Assembly: GCA_965263035.1 (NCBI GenBank)
Contig: OZ253580.1
Span: 5,632,001 to 5,696,000, forward strand
Length of the DNA stretch: 64,000 nucleotides
Direction of reading: 5' to 3'
Source of the DNA: Acidobacteriota bacterium
GTDB taxonomy: Bacteria; Acidobacteriota; UBA6911; RPQK01; JAJDTT01
Positions 29,876 through 40,125 of the stretch are shown here, piece after piece. Both the position numbers and the translations under genes were made by a program. Under the pieces are notes generated by a model that was not told the DNA's origin, searched no databases, and was given only the letters and a program-made list of their open reading frames with translations. The stretch's first letter is position 1. The number at the start of each line of letters is the position of its first letter.

Positions 29876-29897
29876 AAGTGTAATTATAGAGAGTTAT
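29864..29897. promoter_or_regulatory. loxP-like 13-8-13 recombination site
   Basis: ATAACTCACCATA-AGTGTAAT-TATAGAGAGTTAT; arms 11/13 inverted match; abuts Cre-like gene start. Confidence 0.75.
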
Positions 29898-30225
29898 TAT
29901 GGGGTCTGTCAAGCGCTTCAAAACATGCTCATCAGGGTTGAGGAACCGGGATGAAGGGAGGATTGCGCAACTATATCCGATGGAAATGAACCAGGAACGG
30001 GGTGCTCCACCCTCCATTTCTGTGCGGCCAATTCAAAAAAAGATGAACTAGCCGCAATAGTGGGAAGCGGCCCCACTCCATGGAACCCTTTTGCCACCTG
30101 ACAACGACGACTCCCAGAGCAAGGTTCGACAAATCGTTGTCCCCGTGCCAAGACCAGGAACCATCCCGCCGGTATACCCCTGCCATCCTGGGTTTCCGGG
30201 GGATTTGATATATCCTGAGTGTTCA

Positions 30226-32208
30226 ATGACCAACAACGATCTGAACTGGATTGCCAACTACATCTGGGGTATCGCCGACGACGTCCTGCGCGACCTCTAC
30301 GTTCGCGGCAAGTACCGCGACGTCATTCTTCCCATGACCGTTCTCCGCCGGCTGGATGTGGTGTTGGAGGACACCAAGCAAGCGGTACTGGACATGAAAG
30401 CCACTCTCGACGCGGTGGGTGTAGTCGAGCAAGATTCGTCCCTGCGGCAGGCGGCGGAGCAGGATTTTTACAACACCTCGAAGTTCACCTTGCGCGACTT
30501 GAGGTCCCGCACCAACCGTCAGCAGCTCACGGCTGACTTTGAGGCCTACCTCGACGGCTTTTCGCCCAACGTCCAGGACATACTCGAAAACTTCGAGTTC
30601 CGAAACCAAATTCCGCGGTTGTCCAAGGCGGATGCCTTAGGCACGCTCATCGAGAAACTCACTTCGCCTGATATCAATCTGAGTCCGGACCCGGTCATGA
30701 ACGCCGATGGTTCCGTGCGGTACCCCGGCCTCGACAATCATGGGATGGGTTCGATCTTTGAAGAGCTGGTTCGCCGCTTCAACGAGGAGAACAATGAGGA
30801 GGCGGGTGAACACTGGACACCACGTGACGCCGTGACTCTGATGGCGAAGCTTCTCTTCCTACCCATCGCTGACGAAATCAGATCTGGAACTTACCTGCTC
30901 TACGATGGCGCCTGCGGGACCGGCGGCATGCTGACAGTGGCCGAGGAAACACTGTCGCAGCTCGCCGCCGAGGGCGGCAAGCAGGTTTCCACGCATCTCT
31001 ATGGCCAGGAGATCAACGCCGAAACCTACGCCATCTGCAAGGCCGACCTGCTGCTGAAAGGCGAAGGCTCGGCGGCCGACAATATCGTGGGCGGACCGGA
31101 GCACTCGACGCTCGCCAACGACGCATTCCCGTCCAATGAGTTCGACTTCATGCTTTCCAATCCGCCCTACGGCAAGAGCTGGAAGAGTGACTTGGCACGC
31201 ATGGGCGGCAAGAAGGATATGCGCGACCCGCGTTTCGTGATCGAGCATGCGGGCGATCCCGAATATTCGCTGGTCACGCGGTCCAGCGACGGTCAGATGC
31301 TGTTTCTCGCCAACAAGCTCTCCAAGATGAAGCAGCACACGCCGCTCGGCAGCCGCATCGCCGAGGTCCACAACGGCAGCTCCCTTTTCACCGGAGATGC
31401 CGGACAGGGTGAGAGCAACATCCGCCGCTGGATCATCGAGAACGATTGGTTGGAGGCGATGGTCGCTCTGCCTCTCAACATGTTCTACAACACCGGCATC
31501 GCCACCTATGTCTGGGTGCTCACGAACCGAAAACCCGATCACCGGAAGGGCAAGGTGCAGCTAATCGACGCTACGAAGAGATACCAGCCTTTGCGGAAAA
31601 ACCTGGGAAAGAAGAACTGCGAACTCGGTGAAGAGGACATTGCTTGGATCTGCGAGACGTTCCTCGGGTTCGAGGAGAATGACCAGAGCAAGATCTTCGA
31701 CAATGCCGCCTTCGGCTACTGGAAAGTGACGGTGGAAAGGCCGTTGCGGATCGAAGGTATTGACCCCAGCCGTGCATACAAGGCTGCGGAGATCAGAAGA
31801 CTGAAAGCAAGTGGCGAGCGGAGTGAGACGGCACCGGCCGTGATCAAAAAGATTCACAAGCGGGGGACCGAACCCAACCCCCTTCACGGCCTATTCAGAA
31901 CTACCATCAATGGGCGATCTGCCGTGGTGGAGTACGAACCGGACACCGATCTGCGCGACACGGAGCAGATCCCTCTGCTGGAGGAGGGAGGAATTGACGG
32001 GTTCATGAGTCGCGAGGTCCTACCCTATGCCGACGACGCATGGTATCCCCCGAACAAGGTGAAGATAGGCTACGAGATCAGCTTCAATCGGTATTTCTAC
32101 ATGCCTGAGCCGATGCGGACGCCGCAGGAGATCCGCGCTGACATCCTGGCGCTGGAGCAAGAGACGGAGGGGTTGCTCGCCGAGATACTGGGCAAGGGAA
32201 GGTCATGA
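30226..32208 (+). CDS. hsdM: Type I R-M methyltransferase subunit
   Basis: IWGIADDVLRD, GEHWTPRD, YDGACGTGGML, SNPPYG. Confidence 0.95.
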   Translation: MTNNDLNWIANYIWGIADDVLRDLYVRGKYRDVILPMTVLRRLDVVLEDTKQAVLDMKATLDAVGVVEQDSSLRQAAEQDFYNTSKFTLRDLRSRTNRQQLTADFEAYLDGFSPNVQDILENFEFRNQIPRLSKADALGTLIEKLTSPDINLSPDPVMNADGSVRYPGLDNHGMGSIFEELVRRFNEENNEEAGEHWTPRDAVTLMAKLLFLPIADEIRSGTYLLYDGACGTGGMLTVAEETLSQLAAEGGKQVSTHLYGQEINAETYAICKADLLLKGEGSAADNIVGGPEHSTLANDAFPSNEFDFMLSNPPYGKSWKSDLARMGGKKDMRDPRFVIEHAGDPEYSLVTRSSDGQMLFLANKLSKMKQHTPLGSRIAEVHNGSSLFTGDAGQGESNIRRWIIENDWLEAMVALPLNMFYNTGIATYVWVLTNRKPDHRKGKVQLIDATKRYQPLRKNLGKKNCELGEEDIAWICETFLGFEENDQSKIFDNAAFGYWKVTVERPLRIEGIDPSRAYKAAEIRRLKASGERSETAPAVIKKIHKRGTEPNPLHGLFRTTINGRSAVVEYEPDTDLRDTEQIPLLEEGGIDGFMSREVLPYADDAWYPPNKVKIGYEISFNRYFYMPEPMRTPQEIRADILALEQETEGLLAEILGKGRS

Positions 32209-33626
32209 TCGCCAATCTCACCCCCTATCCGGACATGAAGGATTCTGGCGTGAAATGGTTGGGGCTGATACCTGAGCACTGGGAGATTCTGCGTGGCAAA
32301 GTGCTCTTCCGCTGTATAGATGTGCGTTCGGCAACTGGAGAGGAAGAGTTGCTCACAGTATCGTCAGACCGTGGGATAGTGCCGAGGGAGTCTGCGGCGG
32401 TCACGATGTTTAAAGCCGAATCCTACGTTGGCCATAAGCTTTGCTGGCCTGGGGATCTGGTCATCAATAGCCTATGGGCATGGAGCCGTGGGCTTGGAAT
32501 ATCTCAGTACCACGGCATCGTTAGCACTGCTTACGGCGTATACCGCTTAAGGCGCCCGATGGACGTATCCGCCGCCTACATTGACGCGCTCGTGCGTTCG
32601 ATACCATTCAATTGGGAACTGCGAGTACGTTCTAAGGGTATCTGGATATCCCGCCTCCAGTTGTCGGACGATGCCTTTCTTGGAGCCCCATTCCCCGTTC
32701 CTCCGGCAAGTGAGCAACCTGAAATCGCCCGCTTCCTCGACCTCGCCGACCGGCGCATCCGGCGCTACATCCGGGCCAAGGAAAGGCTGATCGAGCTGCT
32801 GGAGGAGCAGAAGCAGGCCATCATCCACCAGGCGGTGACGGGCCAGATCGATGTCCGAACCGGCCTGCCCTATCCGGCATACAAGGATGCCGCCGTGGAG
32901 TGGCTGGGGATGGTGCCGGAGAATTGGAAACTCATGCCACTAAAATGGCTATCAGAACGCACTCAAAACGGAGCGACGCCGCCCTCATCAAATGATGCGT
33001 TCTATCAAGATGGGACGGTCCCTTGGTATGGCCCGGCTAGCTGTGGAGCGGGAGAGGATGTTGGGCCGCCGATCAGGTACCTCAACTCGTTGGCGTTCTC
33101 TCAGGGACGAGCTAGACTCGTCCGAGGGCCAGCACTTCTTCTCATCGTGATCGGAGCCACTGCCGGACGGATTGCGCTGATGCCAGAGGACGGATCCACT
33201 AACCAGCAGATCACATCGTACGAAATATCCACTGATTTCGTGCGTCCCCGATTCATACTACGTCAGTTACAACGAGCCGAGTCGTGGCTTCAGTCGACCG
33301 CGTCTAGCGCGACCATTCCCATAATTAACTCAAGTGTGGTGAACCGCTTGCCCTGCGCGATTCCATCACTCGATGAACAGGATTCGATAATCTCTGCCCT
33401 CAAGTCTGACTGTTCGCGAATCGACAGCGCGGTTGCGTCCAACTCGCGACAAATTGAACTCCTCCGCGAATACCGCACACGTCTGATCGCCGATGTCGTC
33501 ACCGGCAAGCTCGATGTCCGCGAGGCAGCGGCCGCAATGCCGGAAGAACCCGACGTGGTGACAGACGCGATGGAGACGATCGGCCTTGTAAACGCTACTG
33601 AGACAGCAGAGGAGGTGGCTCTATGA
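32205..33626 (+). CDS. hsdS: Type I R-M specificity subunit
   Basis: YPDMKDSGVKWLG, two TRDs, LLEEQKQAIIHQAVTG, EYRTRLIADVVTGKLDV. Confidence 0.95.
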   Translation: MIANLTPYPDMKDSGVKWLGLIPEHWEILRGKVLFRCIDVRSATGEEELLTVSSDRGIVPRESAAVTMFKAESYVGHKLCWPGDLVINSLWAWSRGLGISQYHGIVSTAYGVYRLRRPMDVSAAYIDALVRSIPFNWELRVRSKGIWISRLQLSDDAFLGAPFPVPPASEQPEIARFLDLADRRIRRYIRAKERLIELLEEQKQAIIHQAVTGQIDVRTGLPYPAYKDAAVEWLGMVPENWKLMPLKWLSERTQNGATPPSSNDAFYQDGTVPWYGPASCGAGEDVGPPIRYLNSLAFSQGRARLVRGPALLLIVIGATAGRIALMPEDGSTNQQITSYEISTDFVRPRFILRQLQRAESWLQSTASSATIPIINSSVVNRLPCAIPSLDEQDSIISALKSDCSRIDSAVASNSRQIELLREYRTRLIADVVTGKLDVREAAAAMPEEPDVVTDAMETIGLVNATETAEEVAL

Positions 33627-33847
33627 CCAGATGGAATACTTGTTCGGCCGTCGAACGCGACTCGGAGAAGGTCAGCGGTGCCTGGATATTTTGTGGTACG
33701 CGAGTGCATATTGGGGCGCTGTTCGAAAATCTCAGGGACGGTGCCACGATTGAACAGTTTCTGGAGTGGTTCCCCGGTGTTGAACGCTGGCAAGCTGAAA
33801 GTGTTCTGGACCATGAGACCCGGACCTTGAAGGACTCGGTGGCTTGA
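33623..33847 (+). CDS. DUF433 antitoxin-like protein
   Basis: VERDSEKVSGAWIFCGTRV...LFENLRDGATIEQFLEWFPGV. Confidence 0.88.
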   Translation: MTRWNTCSAVERDSEKVSGAWIFCGTRVHIGALFENLRDGATIEQFLEWFPGVERWQAESVLDHETRTLKDSVA

Positions 33848-34158
33848 AAATACTGTTCGATTAGAGTGTACCGGCGCCGCTACGTCGGCAACTGGCCGAA
33901 CACGTGGTGGATACCGCTTTCGAGCGAGGGTGGTCGAACCTTCGCAATGGCGTGTTGCTCGACCGAGCAAAGAGGGATGGCTACCAGCTCTTGGTGACGA
34001 CGGATCAGAATCTTCGTCATCAACAAAACCTCGCGGACAGGTGATTGGCGATCATGGTGTTGGCGGCATCATGGCCGCGTATTCGACAGCGTGTTGACGA
34101 CATTCGAGCCGTTGTTGAGCAAATGGGACCGGGTTAGTACATGTAAGTCCCGATCTGA
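33844..34158 (+). pseudogene. DUF5615 PIN-like toxin pseudogene (four in-frame stops)
   Basis: MKILFD*SVPAPLRRQL...GWSNLRNGVLL...LVTTDQNLRHQQNL..R*...G*YM*VPI. Confidence 0.85.
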
Positions 34159-34169
34159 TAGCAGGATCT

Positions 34170-37100
34170 ATGGCGACCACTGACACTACCGAACGCGGCC
34201 TCGAACGCCTGATCTGCAAGGCCCTGACCGGCGATCCCTGCGACCCTCCTGCCGATTGCACCATCGGCGACCCGCCCGCCGGGTACGGTGGCGTCGGCTG
34301 GTCCTGCGGCAACCACCGCGACTACAACCGTGAGTACTGCGTCGACCTGGTCCAACTCCGGGCCTTCCTGAACACCACCCAACCCGAAGCCGCTGCGGCA
34401 TTGCGACTGACCGAAGACGGTCCCAACCGCCGCAGGTTCCTTGCTCGCCTCCAGGGCGAGATCGCCAAACGCGGCACGATCGACGTCCTCCGCAACGGCA
34501 TCCGGCACGGACCCCACGAACTCGACCTCTTCTACGGAACCCCCTCGGCCGAGAACGAGAAGGCCAAGCGGCGCTTCAAGCAGAATCGATTCACCGTCGC
34601 CCGTCAGCTCCACTACAGCCAGCACGAAACCCAGCGCGCCCTCGACATCGGACTCTTCATCAACGGCCTTCCCGTCTTCACCTTCGAACTCAAGAACCGC
34701 CTCACCAAGCAGACGGTGAGCGATGCCACGGAGCAGTACAAGAAGGACCGCAACCCGCGCGAGAAGCTCTTCGAGTTCGGCCGATGCGTGGCCCATTTCG
34801 CGGTGGACGAGAACGAAGTCCATTTCTGCACGCACCTCAAGGGAAAGGCCTCCTGGTTCCTGCCCTTCAACCGAGGCTGGAACGACGGTGCGGGAAACCC
34901 GCCCAACCCGCACGGCCTGCGATCCGACTACCTGTGGCGCGAAGTACTGACCCGGCGGAGCCTGACCAACATCCTGGAGAACTACGCCCAGATCGTGGAG
35001 TCGAAGGACGCCAAGACGGGGAAGAAGAGGCGAGTCCAGATCTGGCCTCGCTACCATCAACTCGACGCGGTGCGCCGGCTCCTGGCCGATGCGGGCGCGC
35101 ACGGGCCGGGCAAGCGTTACCTGATCCAGCACTCAGCGGGCAGCGGCAAGAGCTATTCGATCGCTTGGCTGGCCCATCAACTGATCCGGCTGGAAAAGGA
35201 CGATGCTCCGGTCTTCGACTCAATCATCGTTGTCACCGATCGGCGCATTCTCGACACGCAGATCTGCGACACGATCAAGAAATACGCTCAGGTGAGCGCG
35301 ACGGTGGGGCACGCCGAGCGTTCAGCCAACCTGCGACGGTTCATCGAGTCCGGAAAGAAGATCATCATCTCGACGATCCAGAAATTCCCTCACATCCTCG
35401 ACGAGATCGGTAACGAACATCGGGGGTACCGCTTCGCCATCATCATCGACGAGGCCCATTCGAGTCAGGGGGGCCGCATAAGCGCTGACATGGCCCGGGT
35501 GCTCGCGGAGGTCGGTAAAGAGGGAGAGGAGGCGACGTACGAGGATCAGATCAACTACATGATGCATTCGCGCAAGCTCCTTCCCAACGCCAGCTACTTT
35601 GCCTTCACCGCAACCCCGAAGAACAAGACCTTGGAGAGCTTTGGTGACCCGGACCGGCAGCCCGACGGTACGGTCCAGCATCACGCCTTTCACACCTACA
35701 GCATGAAACAGGCGATCCAGGAGGGTTTCATCCTGGACGTGCTGCGCCACTACACGCCGGTCAAGAGCTACTACAAGCTCGCCAAGACGGTGGAGGACGA
35801 TCCCAAGTTCGAAGCGAAAAGGGCCCGCAAGAAGTTGCGGCGCTACGTTGAGGGACACGACCACGCGATCCGCCTCAAGTCGGAGATCATGGTGGACCAC
35901 TTCCATACGCAGGTGCTATCCCATGGAAAGATCGGTGGTAGGGCCCGGGCGATGGTGGTCACCAACGGGATCAAACGCGCGATCCAGTACTTCCATGCCA
36001 TCCGTGACTACCTGAAGGAACGAAAGAGCCGCTACCGGGCAATCGTGGCCTTCTCGGGCGAGCACGAATACGGCGGAAAAAAAGTGAGCGAGGCCTCGCT
36101 GAACAGTTTTCCTTCGAACAAGATTGCCGAGAGGTTCCAGGAGGATCCGTACCGCTTTCTGGTCTGCGCGGACAAGTTCCAAACCGGGTACGACGAACCT
36201 CTGCTGCATACGATGTACGTGGACAAGACGCTCTCGGGCGTCAGGGCGGTCCAGACCCTCTCGCGGCTCAACCGGGCTCATCCCAAGAAGCACGATGTAT
36301 TCGTGCTGGATTTCCTGAACGAATCGGACACCATCCGCGACGCCTTCGCGGACTACTATCGAGCGACGATCCTGTCCGAAGAAACCGATCCCAACAAGTT
36401 GCACGACCTCCAGGCAGACCTGGACGGCGCACAGGTCTATTCCTTTGAGCAGATCAAAGACTTCGTGTCGCGCTATTTGGCTGGCGAGGACCGCGAGGAG
36501 CTTGATCCCATCCTCGATGCTTGCGTGGCGGTGTACGAGCAGGACCTGGACGAAGATGGGCAAGTTCAGTTCAAGCGCCGGGCCAAAGTGTTCCTGAGAA
36601 CCTACGCCTTCCTCTCTTCGATCCTTCCGTACAACAACGCGAAGTGGGAAGAACGCTCGATTTTCCTGAACTTCCTGGTCTCAAAGTTACCGTCCCCGCG
36701 AGAGGAGGATTTGTCCAAGGGCGTTCTCGACGCCATCGATATGGATAGCTACCGGGTCGAGAAACGGGCGATGCAGAAAATTCGCCTGTCGGATGAGGAC
36801 GCCAAGATCGACCCCATTCCGGACAACGGTTCCGGTGGCCGTGCGGAGCCCGAGATAGACCTCTTATCGAACATCATCCAGACCTTCAACGATCTATTCG
36901 GGAACATTCAATGGGAAGACGAAGACCGTGTGCTGGAGCTCATCACTGAAACGATTCCTTCACGAGTCGCACAGAACACCGCCTACAGGAACGCTCAGGA
37001 AAACTCGGACCGGGAGAATGCACGCATCGAACACGACAAGGTACTGGAACAAGTCATGGTGGGGGTGATACAGGACGACACCCAGCTGTTTAAAAGGTTC

Positions 37101-37178
37101 ATGGACGATCCGAATTTCAACCGGCTGGTCAGCGATGCGTCGTTCCAGGTTACATACAAGCAGGCGCCGGCGCCGTGA
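34170..37178 (+). CDS. hsdR: Type I R-M restriction subunit
   Basis: LDIGLFINGLPVFTFELKN, HSAGSGKS, IIDEAH, FTATP, KFQTGYDEP. Confidence 0.95.
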   Translation: MATTDTTERGLERLICKALTGDPCDPPADCTIGDPPAGYGGVGWSCGNHRDYNREYCVDLVQLRAFLNTTQPEAAAALRLTEDGPNRRRFLARLQGEIAKRGTIDVLRNGIRHGPHELDLFYGTPSAENEKAKRRFKQNRFTVARQLHYSQHETQRALDIGLFINGLPVFTFELKNRLTKQTVSDATEQYKKDRNPREKLFEFGRCVAHFAVDENEVHFCTHLKGKASWFLPFNRGWNDGAGNPPNPHGLRSDYLWREVLTRRSLTNILENYAQIVESKDAKTGKKRRVQIWPRYHQLDAVRRLLADAGAHGPGKRYLIQHSAGSGKSYSIAWLAHQLIRLEKDDAPVFDSIIVVTDRRILDTQICDTIKKYAQVSATVGHAERSANLRRFIESGKKIIISTIQKFPHILDEIGNEHRGYRFAIIIDEAHSSQGGRISADMARVLAEVGKEGEEATYEDQINYMMHSRKLLPNASYFAFTATPKNKTLESFGDPDRQPDGTVQHHAFHTYSMKQAIQEGFILDVLRHYTPVKSYYKLAKTVEDDPKFEAKRARKKLRRYVEGHDHAIRLKSEIMVDHFHTQVLSHGKIGGRARAMVVTNGIKRAIQYFHAIRDYLKERKSRYRAIVAFSGEHEYGGKKVSEASLNSFPSNKIAERFQEDPYRFLVCADKFQTGYDEPLLHTMYVDKTLSGVRAVQTLSRLNRAHPKKHDVFVLDFLNESDTIRDAFADYYRATILSEETDPNKLHDLQADLDGAQVYSFEQIKDFVSRYLAGEDREELDPILDACVAVYEQDLDEDGQVQFKRRAKVFLRTYAFLSSILPYNNAKWEERSIFLNFLVSKLPSPREEDLSKGVLDAIDMDSYRVEKRAMQKIRLSDEDAKIDPIPDNGSGGRAEPEIDLLSNIIQTFNDLFGNIQWEDEDRVLELITETIPSRVAQNTAYRNAQENSDRENARIEHDKVLEQVMVGVIQDDTQLFKRFMDDPNFNRLVSDASFQVTYKQAPAP

Positions 37179-37959
37179 ATTGTATCGAGCGGAGAATTTG
37201 TAAACCGATTTGATCAGGAGGCACTAGAAGCCGAACTGGAAGCAGACTCTTCTCGTTCCGTTTCCGTGGATTCCAGTCCTGCTGATTTTCGACTTCTGGA
37301 CGGTCTACCTATAAGGGCATGCAGGAACTATGGATCGGGAAGGCGCTCAAGCTCCATAGGAACAGGCAGAAGGCAAAGCTAGTCCTATTTTGCGCCGATC
37401 CGAACGCACATGCCGATGACTCTATCCTCGAATCGACTAGGTGAGGTCTGTCTTCCGTGGGATGGGGAGCTTCCTCCCGGACAGCCCGCTCCGTGTCGGT
37501 TTACGGACGGTCCGGGTACTACGCCTTGCCGGTTCTCCATCCGCGCCAGTATCGGCTTTCCCAGCCCCCTGGTTTGGAGGGCCTTCGGCGGACGTCCGGG
37601 ACGCCCGCCGCATAGCTGCTTGATCCCGGGTTCTTCGCTGCGTGCCCGCGTGATACGTGCCCCGATAGTATTGATCCGATCCTTAGGTCAAGTCTTGAAC
37701 CCGTCTTTGGGTCACAGTCCTGTTCCAATCCTGCATCAATCCCTCTTGATCAACGACTTGACCCAAATACTCCGTAGAAGGCCGTAGCGCGTATCGAAGG
37801 TGTTCAGGTATGCCTCACGCCCTCTGTGTCGATCTGGGGCCGTCTGGGAGCCGGGAATCCGCACCCCAGACTCCCGTCAAACCCCCATTCCCGGCTCTCC
37901 GGGTTCGGGGGGAGCGGCCATGGTCGTCACCCGGGGACGATAAATTTTGGATGGCTTAG

Positions 37960-38713
37960 CAGCCCGTGGCAAAAGTCCGGGAAGAGCCAGATCTCTGAAA
38001 TAAACTGACACTATGGCCATGGGAAAGAAACCGTCTGCGGGACGGCAACGGAAGATGTGGGTGGCGGCGGAGAAACTGCCTCGGAGTCCGGGGCATCCCT
38101 TCTACGAGCGGCTGAATCGGGTGCTGGAGAAAGCGGGGTTCGACGCTTTCGTGGAGGGACTGTGCGCGCGGTTTTATGCCGACGGGACCGGGCGCCCGAG
38201 TCGGCGCCCCGGACGGTACTTCCGGATGCTGTTGTTGGGGGACTTCGAAGGGCTGAACTCGGAACGGGCCATCGCGTGGCGAGTGGCGGATTCGATGAGT
38301 GTGCGGGCTTTTCTGGACTTGGATCCGGAGGAGACGCCCCCGAATCACTCCACCTTGTCGCGCACCAGTTCGGCACGGGAGGGTTGCGTCGGATCTTCGT
38401 CCGGGGCCACGCCAACGGGCGCAAGCGACTGCTGATCCATGTCTGCGGCTTCAATCTGGGATTGCTGCTGCGCCATCTGACGGGGGTGGGTACGCCCCGC
38501 AGTCTCCCGGGCCGCGGTCGGGCACGTCTTTTTACGCTTTTGGGGGCGCGAACCGGTCGCTGGATCGGCTGGGATCGGGTCTGGGAGCGTTTCTGGGCGT
38601 CGATCCGGCCCGATTCGCTGTTTTGGGCTCCTCGGATCCATCAATAAACCATCTCAACATCAACTCACAGAAAGAACATTAGTCGGAGAAATTGGGGTTT
38701 TTGCCACGGGCTG
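37960..38713 (+). mobile_element. Internally deleted IS1182-family element (transposase remnant 38013-38647)
   Basis: TIRs CAGCCCGTGGCAAAA, TTAG target duplication on both sides; N-terminal GHPFYERLN...GRPS..PGRYFRMLL..FEGL.SER fused out of frame to C-terminal GGLRRIFVRGHAN..KRLLIHVCGFNLGLL. Confidence 0.88.
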
Positions 38714-39141
38714 TTAGTCGACCTCTCCCTGCGAACAAACCAGGTCCAAAACACCGTGTTGAATACGAAGAGCCTGCTAACTGCTTCGCAGTTAGCCCGG
38801 GTTATAGGCGACAACCCGATCCCACCATTTCCATCGAAAGTGAGCTTCCAGAGCGGGCCCAGAAGCCCCAGTTCGGAGCCTTATGCGTAGGCCACCAGAT
38901 CGTGCAAACCGACAGACACATGGCCAAACCGGAGCCCGGGGAGGCCAGTACAGGGGAGAAAAGTCCCACGGGAAAAAGAGAATTGGACCCGGGAGGGGTT
39001 GGAGGTGGAAACGGGTGCTGCAAAGGTGGGACGGGTAGGGGCATCCGAACGGGCCGTTCAGGTCTTGTCCGTGCTGGCTCAGGCCGCCAGTCCGTTGCCT
39101 GATTCGCTTCGACTGCCCTGCTGTGTTCCAGTGGATGCCCC

Positions 39142-39438
39142 CTATCTGTAACTTTCACGAGAACGGAAACGATCGAGGGAAGTTTTTTTCAAACTCCATG
39201 CTAACGCCGTAGCGCACGCCGCACACCTGATCTCGGAATTTGACCAAGCCAACTCCCGCTTGGGATCGATTCGGAGCAATATCCCTTCTCCCAGGGACAC
39301 CCCGCACCGCTTGCACCTTCCGTCCTGCTCCCGGTACAAGGCCCGGTACAACTTCTCACGGGCAGGATTCAGCGAAACCTCGGCCTTGGATTTGCCTTTG
39401 GCCTTACGACGCTTCCTGATCCGGTTCCCTCGCCTCAC
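39142..39438 (-). CDS. HNH-like zinc-binding protein (phage-type, possibly degenerate)
   Basis: LYREQDGRCKRCG ... WSNSEIRCAAC. Confidence 0.5.
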   Translation of the reverse strand: MRRGNRIRKRRKAKGKSKAEVSLNPAREKLYRALYREQDGRCKRCGVSLGEGILLRIDPKRELAWSNSEIRCAACATALAWSLKKTSLDRFRSRESYR

Positions 39439-40125
39439 GACGTTGCTCCCGAGAGCATTTCAACAGGCATCACTTAGACCTCAGGGTTCCAGGCAGTTCG
39501 GGATGACCGAACACAGTGAGGGCAATGTGCCCCGCTGGGATCGTATCCCGAGCCGCCCGAGCCAACCAAAGAGCTTCACTTGAGCCCCATGGGACCAGGC
39601 AAGGTTTCAGGCTACGGCCCTCCCCTCGGACCAGTTCGGCATCGACTCTCCGCAGGAGCCGCCGGTACTTGCCGGGTCTGGCCGGACCCGTGTGCGTGTT
39701 GCCCGGGTGCCCTTCAGGGTCACGCTCTGGTCAGAGCAGCTGCCTCCTGTCTACTACCGCTCGGTCAGCTCTGGTGGGATGGTATTCGGGTTGCGCAGGA
39801 CTCTACCTGCTGCGTCCGCATGCCACGAAGAGAGGAGGAATCCTCTAATCACCATGCCGCAGATTTTAGAACGAAACCCTGACACAGGAGAGGGTGACGC
39901 TCGCTCCCCTGCGGTATTAATGGTGATTAGAGGCACCGCAGGGGAGCGGAATCGATCACTGAAGCGGATTCTATTACTAACCGGGTGACACCCCCGGCCC
40001 CTGAGCCATCGGGCCGGGGGTCTTGGAGACTTGGTAAGCCGACGCCTCCCGCCCCAACTCCCGCGTAAAGACCGGAGCGGGAGAGCGTCCCCAGGCCCGG
40101 CGAGACTATCACAGCCTCCGTGAGT

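Larger units (their letters stand above)
11516..40125. mobile_element. Genomic (defence) island between ilvD and tRNA-Leu 3' end
   Basis: Four tyrosine recombinases, R-M, NTPases, phage relics, IS remnants, lower-GC cargo genes; boundaries approximate and no att duplication found. Confidence 0.75.

Noticed and set aside
37179-37959. Short ORFs and a 9-bp inverted repeat after hsdR
   Set aside because: No recognisable protein motif; repeats of this length can arise by chance
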